A stretch of DNA of 64,000 bases from Gammaproteobacteria bacterium (GTDB lineage: Bacteria > Pseudomonadota > Gammaproteobacteria > SZUA-152), in the NCBI GenBank assembly GCA_021647505.1, contig JAKIUN010000001.1:17828-81827 (forward strand), in the 5' to 3' direction. The notes under the pieces were generated by a model. It saw nothing but the letters and a program-made list of their open reading frames with translations. It did not search any database and had not been told where the DNA came from. Every line of letters starts with the position of its first letter. The first letter of the stretch is position 1. A program made the position numbers and the translations under genes. Positions 60,860 to 64,000 of this stretch are shown here, piece by piece.

Positions 60860-62085
60860 GTCTCATCAACCAGGTGCTGTGTGATCTCGAAAGCCGTCGC
60901 GCCGTCCCGGCAACGGCCGGTGGCGTTGCCCCGTTGGCGCTGGCGGCGCAACGTGCGGCAGGCATTGACGCCCCGGCCGTCCCGGTACAGGCGACAAATA
61001 ATGGCCAGTCAGGCAATGCCCAACGCTGGCTGATCGTGATCATCGTATTACTGATGCTGTTGCTGGGTTTGCTGCTGTGGTCGTCGCAGCCGCCCTGGCA
61101 GGGATCTGGGCTGGAACGCATGCCGCCGCTTGTAACGGCTGAGGTCGTCGAAGCCGTGGCCCGTGTGCCGGTGGTGTCGATGAATGTGGAGCCCGTAGCC
61201 GTCGTGGTCACGGAATCTGTTGAGCCCACCGAACCCGTTGAGTCCACTGAATCCTCTGCGCCCACCGTGGCTATGCCGCTTGCAGCGCATCCGGCCGTCG
61301 TGGAGAGCGTTGCCACCGGGCCGCTTCCCCGGCCGGCGCGTGCCGGGCTGCCGCCGAGTCAGCCTTCACTACCGTCAAAGCCCTCGCCGGCCAAAGAGAC
61401 GCTGCCTGCGCAGATACCCGCCGCTGACATGCAGATCAGCATGCGAATTCGCCCCCTGGACAACGAACAACGTGCCCAGCAGGCCCTGCGCCGTGGCGTG
61501 GGTCTACTGGGACAGGGTAGTCAGGCCGAGGCGGAGCAGGCCCTGCGCGAAGCCGTGCGCCTTGCCCCTCGGTCGCCGCGTGCCTACGAGACTCTGGCGG
61601 CGCTGTATTTCAACAGTGATCGCCTCACTGAGGCGCAGACCCTGTTGGCCGACGGCGTGCGTCTGTCACCTCGCGCGGTGGGACTGGCGCAGCTCTACGC
61701 CCGCCTGCTGGCGGAGCAGGGCGAGCTGGCCACGGCGCTGGCGGTGTTGCAGCGGGCGAGCCCGCCACTGACGGAGAATGCCGATTATCACGCCTTGTTG
61801 GCGGCCCTGTATCAGCGTGCCGGCCGGCACCAGCCGGCGGTCTGGGTCTACCGTCAGTTGCTGGCCCAGCGCGGTACGCAGGCGACGTGGTGGATGGGGC
61901 TGGGCATCTCGCTGGAGGCCTTGGATGATAGCGCATCAGCGCTGGAGGCCTACCTCAAGGCACACCAGCTGGGTGCTGGGTTGAGCCCACAGGTGCTGGA
62001 CTATCTGGGCAGCCGTATTCGCGTGTTGGCGTCCCGTGTGGCGGTGGCGAAGACGGCTGTCGAAATGGCGAAGAGCGAGGAATAA
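60856..62085 (+). CDS. mshN: MshN (TPR protein)
   Basis: MSLINQVL.DLE.R, TM helix, Pro-rich linker, TPRs, WWMGLGISLE. Confidence 0.85.
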   Translation: MSLINQVLCDLESRRAVPATAGGVAPLALAAQRAAGIDAPAVPVQATNNGQSGNAQRWLIVIIVLLMLLLGLLLWSSQPPWQGSGLERMPPLVTAEVVEAVARVPVVSMNVEPVAVVVTESVEPTEPVESTESSAPTVAMPLAAHPAVVESVATGPLPRPARAGLPPSQPSLPSKPSPAKETLPAQIPAADMQISMRIRPLDNEQRAQQALRRGVGLLGQGSQAEAEQALREAVRLAPRSPRAYETLAALYFNSDRLTEAQTLLADGVRLSPRAVGLAQLYARLLAEQGELATALAVLQRASPPLTENADYHALLAALYQRAGRHQPAVWVYRQLLAQRGTQATWWMGLGISLEALDDSASALEAYLKAHQLGAGLSPQVLDYLGSRIRVLASRVAVAKTAVEMAKSEE

Positions 62086-62088
62086 AGC

Positions 62089-63789
62089 GTGGCGCAGCTA
62101 AAACGCATTCGACTCGGTGACCTGCTGGTCGAACACAAGCTGATCTCCGAGGCCCAGCTCGACGAGGCCCTCATGGCGCAGAAAAAGACCGGCCGCAAGC
62201 TGGGCCGAGTGTTGATCGAGAACGGCTATGTCAAGGAAGATGAGCTGCTCAACCTGCTGTCGCGCCAGCTCAGCCTGCCCTATGTGGATCTGGCCAACTA
62301 TCAATACAAGCCCGGGGTGGTGAAGCTGATCGCGGAGACCACCGCGCGCCGTTACCGCGCTCTGGCCCTGGAAGAGACCCCGGACGGCCTGCTGGTGGGC
62401 ATGGCCGACCCCACCAATATTTTTGCCTACGATGATCTGGTGCGCATCCTCAAGCGCCCCATCAAGCTGGCAGTGGTGAAAGAGAGCGACCTGCTGCACG
62501 GCATCGAGCAGGTCTATCAGCACGGCGCCGAGATCCAGACCCTGGCCAGTGAGATCGATGATGACCTGGCGGAAAATGTCTTCGATCTGGATGCCCTGAA
62601 TCAGGCTGTCAGTTCTTCCGATGCACCGGTGGTGCGGCTGATCGAGACGGTGTTCGAAGAAGCCGTGCGCGCCAAGGCCTCGGACATCCATATTGAGCCG
62701 GATGAAAAAGTACTGCGTATCCGCCGCCGTATCGACGGTGTGCTGCAGGAACAGGTGATGAACGAGCGGGCCATCGCCCCGGCGCTGGTGTCGCGCCTGA
62801 AGCTGATGGCCGGGCTGGATATCGCCGAGCGTCGCCTGCCGCAGGATGGACGTTTCAATATCAAACTGAAAGACAAGTCGGTGGACGTGCGCTTTTCCAC
62901 CCTACCCACCCAGTACGGTGAGGCGGTGGTGATGCGCCTGCTGGATCATTCGGAGGGTGTGAAGGGACTGGATGAGATCGGTCTGTCCGCAACCATCAAG
63001 GCCCAACTTGAAAAGGCGATTCGTCGGCCGCACGGTCTGCTGCTGGTCACCGGCCCCACTGGCAGCGGCAAGACCACCACCCTGTACGCAGCGCTGAACA
63101 AACTCAATGATGCGACACGCAAAATTATCACCGTGGAAGACCCGGTGGAGTACCGGTTGTCGCGAGTCAACCAAGTGCAGGTGAATCCGAAGATCGGCCT
63201 CGATTTTGCGCGTGTGCTGCGTACTATCCTGCGCCAGGATCCGGATATCATCCTGGTTGGTGAAATTCGTGATCACGAGACCGCCGAGATCGCCCTGCGT
63301 GCGTCCATCACCGGTCACCTGGTGCTGTCGACTCTGCACACCAATGACGCCATCAGCACCGTGATGCGCCTGGTCGACATGGGAGTGGAGGATTTTCTCA
63401 TCGCCTCGGCGGTGCACGCGATCCTTGCCCAGCGGCTGGTGCGGCGCATCTGTGAAAAATGTCACACAGATTACACACCCGATGCCGGGCAACTGGCCTG
63501 GCTGGCGGGTGTGGTGGGTGAGGCGGCGACGCAGATGTCGTTCCGGCACGGCGCCGGTTGCCCGGCCTGCAGCCGCACCGGTTACAAGGGCCGCGTGCCA
63601 GTGCATGAAATGCTGGAGATCAACGAAGACTTGGCCGACGCGCTGCGCAACAAGGACTATGCGGAGTTCAAGCGTCTGGCATTGTTACAAGAAGGCTATT
63701 TACCGTTAGTGAAAAATGCTCTGGCGCTGGCCCAGCAGGGCGTGACCAGCCTGGATGAAGTAATTCGTGTCGGCGGGTGGGTGGAGTGA
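62089..63789 (+). CDS. mshE: MSHA assembly ATPase MshE with MshEN c-di-GMP-binding domain
   Basis: RLGDLL...KLGRVL tandem motif, ASDIHIEP, GPTGSGKTTTLY, LRQDPD, STLHTN. Confidence 0.93.
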   Translation: MAQLKRIRLGDLLVEHKLISEAQLDEALMAQKKTGRKLGRVLIENGYVKEDELLNLLSRQLSLPYVDLANYQYKPGVVKLIAETTARRYRALALEETPDGLLVGMADPTNIFAYDDLVRILKRPIKLAVVKESDLLHGIEQVYQHGAEIQTLASEIDDDLAENVFDLDALNQAVSSSDAPVVRLIETVFEEAVRAKASDIHIEPDEKVLRIRRRIDGVLQEQVMNERAIAPALVSRLKLMAGLDIAERRLPQDGRFNIKLKDKSVDVRFSTLPTQYGEAVVMRLLDHSEGVKGLDEIGLSATIKAQLEKAIRRPHGLLLVTGPTGSGKTTTLYAALNKLNDATRKIITVEDPVEYRLSRVNQVQVNPKIGLDFARVLRTILRQDPDIILVGEIRDHETAEIALRASITGHLVLSTLHTNDAISTVMRLVDMGVEDFLIASAVHAILAQRLVRRICEKCHTDYTPDAGQLAWLAGVVGEAATQMSFRHGAGCPACSRTGYKGRVPVHEMLEINEDLADALRNKDYAEFKRLALLQEGYLPLVKNALALAQQGVTSLDEVIRVGGWVE

Positions 63790-63812
63790 GGCCGTTGGTC
63801 AGTGAAAAACGA

Positions 63813-63955
63813 TGTAGCCAATGCGTCAGGTTCTGCTGGTGGGCAGTGCCCACCCTACAAGGGATAAAAAATATTTCACCGCAGAGGACATGGAGGCACA
63901 CAGAGAATATAAATTTTAATGGTTTCTCCATGTTCCTTCGTGCCTTCTTTGGCAA
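63813..63955. repeat. REP remnant plus a second palindromic intergenic repeat
   Basis: GGTGGGCAGTGCCCACCCTACA; ACATGGAG...CTCCATGT inverted repeat. Confidence 0.55.
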
Positions 63956-64000
63956 AAAACCAAAAACCGTTTTGCGATGGATACTTGTTGGCGGAAAAAA

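Overview
GC-rich gammaproteobacterial chromosomal segment. Phosphoribulokinase, a diheme cytochrome c4 and a heme-c chemoreceptor suggest a chemolithoautotroph, but this is inference. Housekeeping blocks: nadC, recCBD, tRNA-Phe, prk, tRNA-Gly, ispH, ilvD, argD-argF, gpmI-envC-ctpA-yibQ, arsR-(rhodanese/Grx fusion)-trxC-secB-gpsA, trmL, class-1 pyrD, a stand-alone trpB and an MSHA pilus operon. Lower-GC accessory patches lie at about 2.8-4.6, 17-21, 36.5-42.4 and 53.7-56.3 kb. The most unusual structure is at 36.7-41.3 kb. Integron-cassette-like genes (BrnT/antitoxin, methyltransferase, SET domain) have attC-like ends interrupted by a repeat with consensus GACAATAGGGGACAGGCCAC. That unit in turn hosts an IS4-type MITE (2 copies) and a domain-V-less miniature group II intron derivative (3 copies sharing one deletion junction). 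All product calls come from motif recognition by eye; no database searches were run.
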